Part shown: positions 34,343 to 48,590 of the stretch, piece by piece
Position numbering within the stretch: position 1 is the stretch's first letter
How the letters are laid out: each line of letters opens with the position of its first letter
NCBI RefSeq assembly: GCF_006345805.1
Contig: NC_043008.1
Location: forward strand, 17,422,001-17,486,000
DNA from: Octopus sinensis
Lineage: Eukaryota
Length of the DNA stretch: 64,000 nucleotides
Direction of reading: 5' to 3'
Translations under genes and position numbers: made by a program
The notes under the pieces: generated by a model
Databases searched by the model: none
The model's input: only the letters and a program-made list of their open reading frames with translations
Told to the model about the DNA's origin: nothing

Positions 34343-34632
34343 GAGGCACATGGCCTAGTGGCTAGAGCAGCGGACTCGCGGTCGAGGGGTCGCGGGTTCG
34401 AATCTCAGACCGGGCGATGTGTGTGTTTATGAGCGAAACACTTAAGCTCCACGCGGCTCCGGCAGAAGGTAATGGCGAACTTCTGCCAACTCGTTCGCCA
34501 CAATATTCTCTCACTCTTTTCCCCTGCATTTTGCAGCTCATCTGCGACAGACAGGCGGCCCGTCCAGGTGGGGAAACTATACGCCAAGGTAACCAGGAAA
34601 CCGGCCCTATGAGCAAGGAATGGCACGAGAAG
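34343..34632 (+). mobile_element. SINE with type C head and tail X
   Basis: A box TGGCCTAGTGG, B box GGTTCGAATC; tail GGCGGCCCGTCCAGGTGGGG...GGAAACCGGCCCTATGAG. Confidence 0.85.
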
Positions 34633-34731
34633 AAACAAAAAAACAACAAACATGAATGTACGATATTAATCGTTTTATTGTTACTTTTACTTTAGAATAT
34701 AACACCTAATTTAAATAAAAATATATGCGCC

Positions 34732-34974
34732 CTATAAAATCCTAGCCAGGTTCATGGGTCCGGTTTCCTTGTTTCTATGGTGTGTCTGTTTCCCAGTTGG
34801 ACGGGACGCCAGTCCATCGCAGCGTTGCTCATTATTGCCAGCTGAGTGGACTGGAGCAACGTGAGATGAAGTGTTTTGCTCAAGAACACAACGCGTCGCC
34901 CGGTCTAGGAATCGAAACCACAATCATACGATCATGATGCTGACACCCTAAACACTAAGCCACGGGCCTCCACT
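34732..34974 (-). mobile_element. SINE with type D head and tail X
   Basis: The reverse complement has a tRNA-like head GTGGCTTAGTG...GGTTTCGATTCC, a CORE/V-like TGTGTTCTTGAGCAAAACACTT, and the tail GCTGCGATGGACTGGCGTCCCGTCC. Confidence 0.85.
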
Positions 34975-35450
34975 AACACCTACTTTACGTATTCCAAAAG
35001 TTTTGCCATAAAAACTAATACGAAAGGAAACAAGTAAAATGATATTCTGAAGCAGATGAAAATTTAATCTTACAAAAGTTTAGTGGTTGAGTATTCGACT
35101 GCTAATCTATTATATGCGTGGTTCGAATCAGATGAACATTATTAAGAGAAGACAGTATTTTGAGTGTATTTAGTTATGTAAGAATCTAGCGTTTAAGCAA
35201 GATCCGGCTACATCAGAAAACCTCTCACTTCGGAAAAGAATTCTATTTGAAATGCTGTCTTTTAGCTCTTGCTCACTGTCAACTAAACATTTCCACTTTT
35301 GAAATGTATAAATTCATTGACTCTGTGTGTGTGTGTGTGTGTGTGGTGTGTGTGTGTGTGTGCGTGTATGTGTATATATATATATATATAATATATATAT
35401 ATATATACATATCCATATACATATCTGTATATATATGTATATATATTTGA

Positions 35451-35558
<108 letters not shown>

Positions 35559-36594
35559 GCATGTATGTATACAACTAAATCTGCGCATTTATGTATATAT
35601 ATGTATGTATGTATGTATGTAGATATTAATCTGAAAGATTCCAATGCGCCTCACTTCGGAGAAAAAGATTGATAGATAAGTAGCTACGCTATATATTGGT
35701 TCAGTATTAATGACAGATATTTAAGAATTTATACATTTTCGATGCACATTGGTAATTATATGCATTAATATTGATGGGAACTAATGGATAAATTGAAATT
35801 TGTAAGGTAGGATTTCGTGTGGAAAGAAGCCTGTGAGTGGCTTGTCCAATTTGCCGCTTGATAACATAAATAAATGATAAAAAGGAAAAAAACGAAAAAT
35901 GAATGTAAAGATATCTCAAACACTTAGTAAGATTTAAATTAAATTAATTAGGAAATGTGCTTACAAATAAGATAAATTAGGGGAAAAAACATTCAGAAAA
36001 TATTGTGTGTATGTGTTTTTGAGTCTACGAGGATAAATTTATAATTATAAGGAGTAAAAGATAAATGGATATGTTTTTGTAAGAACTCATAGTGGAGGGA
36101 GTATGTGATAGTCTGATAATGCTAAGATAGACGAAAAAATGTGGTTACGTAAATAGCCGAATTACAAATGAAATATAGCAATGGAAGCAGGCATGTATTG
36201 TAATGTGAGTAAAATCTCAAATCAAATTGATAAATACTAAGTTTGTTATATCAAAAGAGGAAAGAAATAACATTCTCACGAATGCAAAAGAAAAAAAAAA
36301 AAAAAATTAACATAAATTTAAATTTAGCTCTAACATAATTTCTTCATTCACAGTTTTATCTCATCACAAGCACGGTGAGACTTTCACAGGTTTCTGCTTA
36401 TATGAATTCATAATTTAATATTTCTATATTTTCAGATATCCTTTATTGATATATTTACACATTGTCTTTGTCTTTCATCCTTTTCCTCTAAATCCCTAAA
36501 TATCACTCCTTCACATTCATCAGTTCTAGCGATCTCAAAATCCCTAGATTTATTTCATTCCCCCCTATCTTACTTTCCAATTAGTAATCACAAC

Positions 36595-36845
36595 GGATCT
36601 TTTCGGTTTGAGCGGCAGTTTTTTCTAGCGGTGTCATATGAAATTGTCACCCATAATTATGACCCTAGTATCGATCTATTGCATTTCAATCTGTTTTAGG
36701 GTTAGGTTTAGTGTTAGGGTTAGGGGTGGAGGAAGGGCATATTTTTTTCTTCCCAAATGTAAATAAACCCAATATATTTCTTAAACGAGGGACATATTCA
36801 TACGGCACAGAATGTTTTTTTTTTACCTCAATAGACGTCATTGAG
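36595..36845. mobile_element. Truncated second copy of the (TTAGGG)-containing TIR element, opposite orientation
   Basis: It starts GGATCTTTTCGGTTTGAGCGGCAG and is the reverse complement of about 33440-33674. Confidence 0.85.
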
Positions 36846-37410
36846 TGTAGTCCAGCGGCCAAAGGCACCGGTCTCAACTGCCACAGGCCCAACCGCAAAT
36901 CTGTCAGAGAGCAGTCGATACCCTTACTTTCTATTATACTTTCTATTAAAACTGCATCACTTTTCAACTGATCCTTCTATACTTAAATATACACATACTG
37001 TCTATCTTTCCTTTTTCTCTCAACCATTAGAAGCCTTTCTCGCTTCTTTGCTTCACCGCAGACACACATTTCTTGTTATCGTGTTTTTCTCATTATTTAC
37101 TCAATTGCATTCAAATAACTGTGGTTATATCTCTTCAATTAAACTGCTCCTTGCCAGCACTAATCCACACCTTAGTCTAGGTCATTGGTCTCATTATTGA
37201 CGAAAAACAATAAAACCTTACTTGGCGTTTAATGGTTTCTTTTTCATATTTTTAGACTTTTCCTCATTTATAAATTTAAGGTTTTTACGTGCTTCTCAAA
37301 GTCAATTTTCATTTTCATTTTATTCATTTATTCACACGTGGGGAAATTTTCACACTCCTTATCTTACAAATTCATAATTTCAAATCTCTCTTTATTCATT
37401 AACGTATTTA

Positions 37411-37516
37411 TTGGGTGGCTGCATAATTAACGACTGTATTTTTTTTATATTCTAAATTTATTCGAAAATAAAACACCAAAGTAAAATAAACGGTCGTTAA
37501 TTATGCACCAACCCAA
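37411..37516. mobile_element. 106 bp mariner-type micro-MITE
   Basis: TIRs TTGGGTGGCTGCATAATTAACGAC / GTCGTTAATTATGCACCAACCCAA (2 mismatches); TA on the left flank, TG on the right. Confidence 0.85.
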
Positions 37517-37869
37517 TGCATTTATTCATTAGTTAGCATATATTTATGTACTAACGTATTATATTATCCAACTTCCTCAACGCTCCGCTCAAATTTCGAT
37601 ATCAATGTTTTTATGAGCTCATATTTCATACATCTATCCATATATCGAATATATTTAAAGAAAAATTAAATTCTCAATCCTTTACTTCACTACTTGCGTC
37701 TGATTTTTGTTCATATATGCACAGAAACATTAACATTAATGCATTCCTTCTCTTTTGTGGTTGCAAGGCTCACCCAGTCTTCTTATTTCTGTTTTCAATT
37801 CTCACCAAAATCTACCATGCCATCTCATAAGTAATATGCGGGTTTCAAATAACGAAAGCAAGTGATCAG

Positions 37870-38800
37870 ATCTTACGTTTTAATGAAACTTAATCGTCAA
37901 TATAGTTATACATATGACATATTTCCATCTATTCGTAAACTTTTTAATCCCATTAGTGAAAATTTCCTTCAGGTTTGAAGAGAATAATTCTGAAAGGTCA
38001 GTTTTGACTTCCCCAGTTAGTCCATCCAAATGATGCTCTAAACTACGGAACAAATAGTAATACGAAAGAGCAAAGTCTGGGAAATAAGGCGGATGAATAA
38101 TTTTCTCCCTGCCAAGTTCCTCGATCTTCTCTGACGTAATCTTTGCAGTGTGGGGGTCTTGCATTGTCCTCCTTTTCGATTGACTTAATCAAATATTTTT
38201 CTTTCAAATCAGTGTTCAAATACTCTAATTGTTGACAGTAGCCTGAGTATTGATTTTTAAATTAGTTGGTAGCAAGTCAAAGTGGAAGACTTCTTTCCAA
38301 TGCTACCAAACAGAGAGAAGAACATCCTTCCCATAGAGTTCATTTTCGGCTATAGTTGTGACTTTTTCCCTTCACCACACCAATGTCTACGACGCTTAAC
38401 ATATTGTTCTATATTCAATTTTTCATTAACGGTCACCAGTCCGCCCAAAAAAGTGAGCTGAGTTCACGAGAAAGAGGTGAGGAGCAGATGCCAATTCAGG
38501 ATTTGCGGTTGGCACCCATTTCCGAGTTATGGGATCTTTCCATGTTGTTGAAGATGTCGGTGAACAGTTTTATGGCATTAACGAAGCCTGCTTGCCAATT
38601 GTTCAGCTGAACCTGCATGAGCTTTTACAAGTTCTGCAAAAAGGAGCTTGTCCTGTTCGAGCCTCATCTAGAAGACAGAAATCTCCAATTATGAATTTTT
38701 AAAACCATTTTCTGCAAGTTTACTTCATAGGCTGAGTAAATATTTCGAGGCGCTTCACCAGGACTGTTTCTTTTTAAAACTCATAATGTATAATGTGTCT
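37870..38800 (-). mobile_element. Decayed mariner transposase relic
   Basis: The minus strand gives LRHIIHYEF at the N-terminus and PHTAKITSEKIEELG..IIHPPYFPDFALSYYYLFRSL at the C-terminus, with many disruptions. Confidence 0.85.
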
Positions 38801-39073
38801 CAAATTATCCTTAAACACTTCCATGTTTCAAGAGCTATAATTAGTGAAATTTCAATTAGATTATTCTGCAAAATCAAATTTATTTGGTTTAAGTAGGTTT
38901 AAATACAAATAAATATTACTTGACGTCATTAGACATATAAAAATGCTATTGAAGAGTTTACAAATTGAAAATATAGAAATGTGGGCATTACTAAGTGAAT
39001 GACCTGATATAAATCAGTTAATGTCGAAGGCAGAAGCTCTTCATTCCAGTATACCAATAAATGACTTTAATTA

Positions 39074-39636
39074 TTGGTTTGTACGGAGAGTTCGTGAGAT
39101 TTTTAAAGGGAAGAAAAAGATCAATAAATACATGCCATTACATTTTTAATCACCAAATACGAACCATTTTGTTCCACAATGCGTCTCCATCTTTCCTTTA
39201 ACTTGAAAATACCCCTTCCCAGAATTGAGATAGTTTCATGGCAAATAATTCATCAAGGTATCTTTTTACGTCATCCAAGGAATTGAAATTTTTACCATTA
39301 AGACTATTCTGCAGAGACCTGAATAAGTGGAAATCCGAAGGAGCAATACCTGGTGAATATGAAGGGTAGGGTAACATATCCCAGCCGAGCTGCAGCAATT
39401 TTTGTCTGGTTCCCAAAGCATCAAGTGCCGAAAATGAACTTCCTTATCTTCCATTTGAAAGGGTTACAGAATTAACACAGGTTATAGGAACATAAACCTT
39501 CTTCCAGAAAAAGATAGCTGAAACTGTGCTTGAAATGGAGGTGTAGTCAAATCCTATTTTATGGACTCAACCATGTTCTAAAATAAGTCGAAAGGTAAGC
39601 TACTATAAATCGGCACGAACTTTCCGGACAACTCAA
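39074..39636 (-). mobile_element. Internally deleted mariner (563 bp) with both TIRs
   Basis: TIRs TTGGTTTGTACGGAGAGTTCGTG / CACGAACTTTCCGGACAACTCAA with TA flanks. The N-terminus MEDKEVHFRHLML is fused to the C-terminus YPSYSPGIAPSDFHLFRSLQN. Confidence 0.9.
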
Positions 39637-40099
39637 TATTTACCAGCAGTAAAAATAAAATATTTCTCACCGTTTATTTTCACAAAACTACATGTCTCTC
39701 AGTCTCATATAAATCTTGATTTTACTTGTTAAATAACCCAGTCTTTAAGAAATTCCATAGAATGAAGAAAAACAAAATTAATTTCGTAAGAGCTACGCGC
39801 ACGCGTGTATGAGCATGTATTTTATTTATATGCGTTTGCCCGTGCGTGTCTTTAGATACGGTTAGCCACAAGTATTTACAAATACATACATACATACACA
39901 CATATACACATGTATATCACAAACACACACAAACGTATACACTGGTATATCACACACACACAAATATATACACGCACTTTTTCATCTCTGATTTCTTTCC
40001 TACAAATCCGTTTCTCGAAGAATTGCTCTATATTGTGTCTGCCAAGTAATTTTTCTCATCTTTTATTATTCGTGTATTTGAGTTGGTAAATGTGTGTGA

Positions 40100-40150
<51 letters not shown>

Positions 40151-40954
40151 TGTGGGGAGAATGTATGCTCTTATTTGAGATATATGCCTGTAAGTGTCAA
40201 TGTGTGTAAATATATCATTTTCAAATGAGTTTTGAAGGAGAGAAGCAATATTTGAATAGTAATTACATTTGGCAGAAAAAACTGCAAGCACAGTTATCAC
40301 ATTCCTAAGCAACGTCTTAAATATGTATATGCATCTTATTGTCAAACAAGATAAACATTAAATTTTCATTCCCAGAGATATGACTGACTAAAGAATCTAA
40401 AAAGTCTTAATCATTGGCACTTATTAACATACGAAATTTAATTTGAAACTGCAAAGATTGTTTTCAAAATGAATTACATTTTTTTTTCTTTTACTCTTCG
40501 GCGCCTTATTGATGTCTATTTGATGATGAATGTTAGTTTTACGACCTGAATATTGCAATGGAATTCAATTTATTTTAATAAATTGGAGTAAACCTGACAC
40601 ATTGTATTGTAAGTTCTAAAATTGTTGTTCTTGATATTTATATATATATATATTTATTTATGTATGTATTTGATTTAGACTCTTTTTTTTTTTTTTTCTA
40701 ATTCGCAATTCGATGCACACCTTTAACTTAACATATTCTTACAGAAATTTGAACCAAGGTGATGTTGGAAAACTGTATTTGTTGTTAATTTATACAATAA
40801 TTCTTCTTCGGAACTGATCGCATGATAACTGATAGATGTAGAAAATGTGTGTCGAAAGTGCTATAAAAAGTGTTAAAGTGATTTTAATTTGTAAAATTAT
40901 AAAGGAAAATCAAACCTAGACAAAATATTCATTATCTTGCTTTCGCAGACGGAT

Positions 40955-41026
<72 letters not shown>

Positions 41027-42389
41027 GTGTGTGTGTGTGTGTGTGTGTGTGTATTATATGGAAAACAACATATTTATCGGTTATTTTGTCTAAGCCAAGC
41101 TATACTACTGATGTATTTTTTCTAAATTATATTATTTCATAATTTATTTTGTTATATGAATATATTATTACATATTGTTTTATAGAATATTTTATATAAT
41201 TATTTGATATTTTTATCAATCTTTGTGTCTGTATTTGATGCAAATGAGATAAGTATAGAAAATATATTCAGGAAATTTATTTTACGTAGTTCAACTTTTA
41301 AATTATATATTTTGCTGAATATTTTTGTGATTTCACTGCCAAAAATTATCATATATCCCTCTTCGTGGACATTTCTTACATATATGTATATCAGCAGCAA
41401 ATTTAAAGATATCGAGTTTTATGACTGTATAGTTTCCAGTTGGACACAGTCACATCCATCCGTGGCTTGTTATTGGTTTGCTTAGGATGCGTCATAGGGG
41501 AAACGATATTTAAGAATTTATTGGGTTATCCCACGAATTTGACTATAATAGTAATTTGTATTCTAAACACACGGATAAATAGGTAGAGAGAAAGAGCGTG
41601 AAGTGTTTTGGAAATGAGTTGTGGAGCTAAAGATTTCCAAGAGAAGTGTGGGAAGCTGTATAACCCAGTGCGGAATGGCGACTTGTAAATTCGTGTTTAA
41701 TATACTACAATCGGAGATTCAAGATAAAATCCTGCTTCAACATATATTATAACAGCATCATGAGTTTTCAACCGATATGAATAAGTAATTCAGAAAATAG
41801 ATCCCTATTACCTGTGCGTTCATTCTACGTTCAAACAAATTCTCTGAAGTTTCAACAATATATAAGCATACTATTTCAAATATACAACCAGATTTGGTTG
41901 ATAATAACTCATGGAACGAGGATATTTTAATTTCGTGAGTCTATTTTATATCGAAGTTATATCACTCGAAACGTGAGCATGTAATTCATATAGTAAATCC
42001 AATCATGTAGGTCAACATGTTGACATGGTTCACTGAATAAGGCTGCTTTTATTTGAAGAGATGTATGTTATTGATAAGTCAATGCAAATTATTTGATTAA
42101 TATTTATAGCTTAGAATTCACATTCAGTTACGTTAAGAAATGAATAAACAATACTTCCCTGCGTGTCTTCTCAAATACTTCGATTCACAGTGTGCTGTGC
42201 TTGCCCTTTGTAGGTTAAATCATAAGGTATATATGTATGCATCCACGTAATGTCACATACACAAAGACACAAACCGGCGCACAAACAAACACACAGGCAC
42301 ACACGCACATATACACATGTGTGTGCGTGTGGATAAATATATATTATATGTAAACATATACTCTGTATGTATGTATATATATATATATC

Positions 42390-42462
<73 letters not shown>

Positions 42463-43380
42463 ATATATATATATATGTATATGTATACCGCCTGCAACTA
42501 TTAAGAGAATAATTCTCAGCTTCTTAGAAATGAAAATTGATATTTTAAAATTTAAATTGTTGTTCTTTAGCCTAGTTGAAGTGACGGACAGTATTTACAA
42601 TGTTATATTGAGTCAATATTATAGATTTCTGCTTACACCTTAAGGCAAACGGTTTTCATGAGATTTCAACAGATATTACGATTTGTTGATTCAATTCTGC
42701 TCAGCGTAAAAGAATAAAGAAAGCCAAAAAATCAATAAACAACGGTATGCCGCACGTTATGATATAATAACAATTTTACGCAAGTATACAGACAGTTTGT
42801 CAATCTCTATCTTCTTATCTACCTTCCCATCTCTTCTACATGCGTTTGATTTGTCTGTCTGTATGTTTATATCTTTATTACAAAGAATCTTACGTACGTC
42901 TGGTAAATTGTTTGTGTGGGTGACTATAAAACTACGCACACAGAGACACACACACTCACTCACATTCACACATACACATATATGTAAAGACATATCTATA
43001 CATGTATTTATATGCACAAATACACACACACACACTCACACAAAGATATATATACGTGGGTACGTGTGTGAGTGTATGGATGTGTGGGTGCGTGTTTGCG
43101 GATATACATATATCTATGTATGTATGGAGCAGACAAGGAAAAAGCGAGGCTTAGGATTACAGGGGATAGACGCATCGACTACAGAAATTTGATAAATACA
43201 CATATACTTATACTTCTATGTTTATATATATATATATGCACAGATATAAATAATTATATTTATATATTGATAATAACAATGACGAAAATAGGTTTATAAA
43301 ACGGTTTACATTATTTGAATATATAAGGAAATCTGTGCTTATATATACATATGTAAGTATGTACGTATATACGCTTATAC

Positions 43381-43516
<136 letters not shown>

Positions 43517-43582
43517 CATACAAGCATATTTACTTGCGGTGTGCGCGTATGTATGACTGTATTTATGTATGCATGCATGTAT

Positions 43583-43662
<80 letters not shown>

Positions 43663-43914
43663 CGTGTGTGTGTGTATACACACATACACAAATGGGATAA
43701 GAACGTAACAGGCGACAATGAAACCATACGGACAGATAGACGATAGAAAAACAGACGGATGGATTATTCTTGGTCTTCTATTCACCAGACAAGTTTCTAA
43801 ATTATGATTACAGTTTCGGCGTGCTACTCTTCAGACAGTTCAAAAATTGGCTGGCCCCAAAAATCTAAGCTAAACGCATATATTTTTGGGAAGAAAGCAA
43901 GCGAATCTTCACAT

Positions 43915-44296
43915 ATTGGAGCACTCAGTCGGTTACGACGATGAGGGTCCCAGCTGATACGATCAACGGAACCTGCTTGCTCGTGGAATTAACGTGCAAG
44001 TGGCTGAGCATTCCACTGACACGTGTACCCTAAACGTAGTTCTCAGGGAGATTCAGCGTGACACAGAGTGTGACAAGGCTGGCCCTTTGAAATACAGGTA
44101 CAACAGAAACAGGAAGAAAGAGTGAGAGAAAGCTGTGGTGAAAGAGTACAGCAGGGTTCACCACCATCCCCTGCCGGAGCCTCGTGGAGCTTTAGGTGTT
44201 TTCGCTCAATAAACACTCACAATGACCGGTCTGGGAATCGAAACCGCGATCCTACGACCGCGAGTCCGCTGCCCTAACCACTGGGCCTTTGCGCCT
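43915..44296 (-). mobile_element. SINE with type C head and tail Y
   Basis: The head's reverse complement matches 53948-54110; the tail matches 4430-4610. Confidence 0.85.
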
Positions 44297-45036
44297 GCAC
44301 TGAATCTTCACAACACAAATAAATAAAGCCGAGGAAACTGAGAAAATGTAATACGATTGCAAATAGAAAGAACAAGAGAATAACAGCGGGTGTCTTTTGG
44401 CTAATAAGGACGAATCAAGTTGAGCTGATTTGTGCAGTGAAAGACTTAACGCACCAACTTAGATGAAAGTCAGGAGAGAGAGGAAAATAAGGCGTGCTGT
44501 ACGGATGACGGTGGGTCACAAACACCGGTCAGTGGAAGGAAAAGACGAACTGGAAAAAAATCAAGGACGGAAAATTTGTATACGCAGGCGTAGGAGTGAC
44601 TGTGTGGTAAGTAGCTTGCGTACTTCCCATGAGTCTTTGTTATCAGTGTGCGCATGTGTCATTGTGTTGTGTACTGAAAAAGATAGCCGGCAGTGTTTAA
44701 CCTGCCAAAAGAAACTACTGCAAGGTAAAACTTTTCTCTCGGACCCAGTGAGGGTCGTTGTCTGTGCTTATATGTTTTACAACATGTTGGTCTACTTGCG
44801 GTTCATCAATATGGTCCATAGTAAGTGAAATTTTTTTCTCGTTTTGTGAAGTACAGTTTGGTGGGCGTATCATTCAACCAAAAATCGTTCACTTTTAAAC
44901 AGTGTATGTTTTTACCATTATTGGAAAACTGTATTTCAAGTGTTCACATGGAGTGAAAATTTTAGGAAAGTTAAGTCAGATTTTTTGCTTGGATGTGATA
45001 CAATAACTAACTATGATTTAACTTTCCTCTCACACC

Positions 45037-45088
45037 GTCTCCGATGAAGGGATATTATTAATTAATATTCTAGAAACAGCTGTGAGAC
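45037..45088 (+). ncRNA. Degenerate minimal hammerhead motif, probably a Penelope-like element relic
   Basis: GUCU-CCGAUGA-A-GGGAUAUUA(loop 5)UAAUAUUCU-A-GAAA-CAGCUG-U-G-AGAC. It has a 9 bp stem II, palindromic ACAGCUGU and a 4 bp stem I. U4 is changed to C and the cleavage-site base is G, so it is probably inactive. Confidence 0.55.
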
Positions 45089-45209
45089 CATCTATCTATA
45101 AATGCTCTAATATCTATACAGCCATGGTTTTTTTTTATATCTTATTACGCAAAAACTTATTATATACACACGCTGACATAGAACCAACATTAAACGCTTT
45201 ATTCGCTAT

Positions 45210-45238
45210 ATATATGTATTTGTGTTATATATAATATT

Positions 45239-45276
<38 letters not shown>

Positions 45277-45287
45277 GTATGTATGTA

Positions 45288-45326
<39 letters not shown>

Positions 45327-45500
45327 GTATAGTATATATATATATATTTATATGTATGTATATGTATATATATGTGTATATATATATATATATGTTTATA
45401 TATATTATATTTATATGTATGTATATGTATATATATGTATATATATATATATTTATATGTGTATAGTATTATATGTATATATATATATACATATATATAG

Positions 45501-45531
<31 letters not shown>

Positions 45532-45845
45532 GTATATATTTATATGTATGTGTATATATATATATATATGTCTATATATATTTATATGTATGTATATGTA
45601 TATATATATATATATTTATATGTATGTATATGTATTATATATGTATATTATATATATATATATGTATATGTATTATATTATTTATATGTATGTATATGTA
45701 TATATATGTATATATATATATATTTATATGTATGTATATGTATATATATGTATATATATATATACATATATATTATATATATACATATATATATAATATA
45801 TTATATATTTATATGCATGTATATGTATATATATATATATATAAC
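45210..45845. repeat. Higher-order AT/GT minisatellite, unit approximately TTTATATGTATGTATATGT(AT)n
   Basis: The unit core recurs about eight times amid variable (AT)n. Confidence 0.8.
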
Positions 45846-46374
45846 ATTCGACGGGCTTCTTTCAGTTTCCGTCTGCAAATCCACTCACAATGCTTTGTGC
45901 GTATGTGTACATGCATTTCCTCGCACAATATGTTAATTTCTCTACTCGAGTAATTAATAATGTAAGTATCATCTTTGGTTTGTATATGAGTCAATTGCTA
46001 CATCGTATCTTTTATCTTTTATTTTTTTCAGCTATTAGACTGCTGCCATGAGTCGATACTACCTACCCTGAAAAATTTGTAGACAAATGAATTCACTCCA
46101 GTACATTTTTTTTTTTTTTTTTATGTTTGGTGATTATGTTGCCGAACCGCTACGTTATGCATGCGTAAGCACACGTACATACATGTATACACACATTGGT
46201 AATTATTTCATCGACTCCAAAAAGATGAAAAGCAAAATCGATATCATCAGAATTGAGACTCAGAAAATGCTTATGTGCACATATCTATCTATAAAACACG
46301 GAGCTTCTGTGTGTGTCTATCATAAGAATATTTCTCGGTCTGAGCTAAAATAAAAAACTAGATTAAATGTTCAG

Positions 46375-46793
46375 CTCTTTTACTCTTTACTCTTTTACTT
46401 GTTTCAGTCATTTGACTGCGGCTATACTGGAGCACCGCCTTTAGTCGAGCAAATCGACCCCGGGCCTTATTCTTTGTAAGCCCAGTACTTATTCTATCGG
46501 TCTCTTTTGCCGAACCGCTAAGTGACGGGGACGTAAACACACCAGCATCGGTTGTCAAGCAATGCTAGGGGGACAAACACAGACACACAAACATACACAC
46601 ACACACTTATATATATATATACATATATACGACGGGCTTCTTTCAGTTTCCGCCTACCAAATCCACTCACAAGGCATTGGTCGGCCCGGTGCTATAGCAG
46701 AAGACACTTGCCCAAGATGCCACGCAGTGGGACTGAACTCGGAACCATGTGGTTGGTTAGCAAGCTACTTACCACACAGCCACTCCTGCGCCT
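46375..46793 (-). mobile_element. SINE type B, full length
   Basis: Complete head, body and (GTAAAAGA)n tail. Confidence 0.9.
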
Positions 46794-47357
46794 ATGTTTA
46801 TTCTTAATTTTCATCTCTGACTGAGATGGCATGTACTTTTGGTTGATCATGCATTCGGGTATCCTATATTCCGCTCTGTATAAAGTGATTGAAAGTTGTC
46901 ACAACGTTATTACACAGATTTATGACTGTGTAGAAACTCTTTCATTTTTTTGTTTGTACATTACCTGACGCTTCTTGTGAAATACACTACAGAACAATAT
47001 AAAAACTTGTAATGAAATTTCAGACATGAATTTATTTAAATCTTTGCAATATATAATCAATTGCAAATTTTAAAATGCTTATCGCTAAATGTTTCAGATA
47101 TATCAGACTCTTGACAGAAGCAAAATATTTATATCCTGTCATACTGTCTATTGGAATACGTTTATCATTGTGAGAACTTCTGTTGGCTTTTCATTAATTC
47201 ATTCAATGTAGAAAGTATTTGTTTCCATATCAGTTTCTTGATCAGTAATGATACAATGGAAAAAAGAAAATTCAGTATTTTAATGTTTATATTATAATCC
47301 AGGAACAGACAGAACGCCGAGCTGATATGTGCACACAACAAAGTACGTAATTATATA

Positions 47358-47395
<38 letters not shown>

Positions 47396-47714
47396 GATAG
47401 GTAGATAGACAGATAGATAGATGCAATTTTCGTTAATTCATCTTACAGCAAACGTGGACAACAATGGCGTCCTTTAAGCAATCGCTCAGGCTAATAGAAG
47501 TAGCATTCTAATCTTCCTCAAATCTCAACCATTAGTCTGCAAAGAATGCGCAAAAACGCTGGATAAATCTAAACTATCTGAGCAATGCAAATATACACAC
47601 ACACATACATAAACACAACATACCATACATACATATATGCATACATATATATATATATATATATATATAGATATATATACATATATATATATATATAAAT
47701 ACATATATATATCT

Positions 47715-47759
<45 letters not shown>

Positions 47760-47762
47760 ATA

Positions 47763-47834
<72 letters not shown>

Positions 47835-47857
47835 ATATATATAATATATATTATATA

Positions 47858-48590
47858 TATAGTCTTGGCCAAAAGTATTAGGCAACCCTAATGATTTGGA
47901 TTCTGCTATCTCAACGTTGATGAAAATCGTGCACATAAGATTATGGTATACTTCATAATATGCATTAGTTGTAACACCTGGTTGACCCTCCTTTAGCATA
48001 AATTACCGCTTTTATACTGTTATGTACATATGGAGCCATTTATTAGTAAGACCAACGTTCAAAAAACAAAAAAAAAAATTATGTTACCTTGATTATTTCA
48101 GAGTTTTATGCTAAAGTACATTGTAGATATAGTTAATAAACAGTAAAATGCCTAAAACGAGTGAGTTGAGGAGTGTGAGCGAAGTCAAATCTTATCTCAT
48201 CATGAAGATGGATGTCTGAAAGGCAAATTGCTCAGAAGTGGAAATGTTGTCGATGTGCAAACGACTCCCAATCACTTCAGAGATACAAAAGAAGTGAAGA
48301 CAATTCGAAGAACAGGCAGAAAAAGGGTTACATCACCTCATTATGATAGATCCATCATCCGTCAGTAACTCAGAAACAGAAAAAAACATCGTTGCTCTGT
48401 GTTCACAAATATCAACCAGAACTGTTAGAAGAAGGCTTGTAAAGTACGGTCTGAAAGGCTGTATTGCCAGTAAGGAGCCATGGGTTTTTGAAGCGAATAT
48501 GGAAAAACGTCTTCTATGTGCCAAAATCCACTCAGATTGGAACAGTGAGGAATGGTCAAATGTCATATAGTCTGATGAAAATAACTAAGA
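47858..48590 (+). mobile_element. 5' fragment of a Tc1-type transposon
   Basis: It starts TA-TAGTCTTGGCCAAAAGTATT (Tc1-like TIR). The peptide STRTVRRRLVKYGLKGCIASKEPW...KRLLCAKIHSDWNSEEWSNVI*SDE covers the HTH up to the first catalytic D. Confidence 0.85.

Noticed and set aside
34343-34415. tRNA gene (also the other SINE heads)
   Set aside because: A/B boxes are present, but the acceptor stem does not pair and the sequence continues into a repeated SINE body.
35740-37260. Old L1/Tx1-like coding relics (CPIC, KIKLGEKTFRKY, LGLWQLRPVPLAAG)
   Set aside because: They are too short and disrupted to support a call without a profile search.
43809-43834. Third hammerhead (minus strand CUGAAGA...GAAACUGUA)
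   Set aside because: Stem II does not pair beyond one base and stem I is weak; core-only matches are expected by chance.
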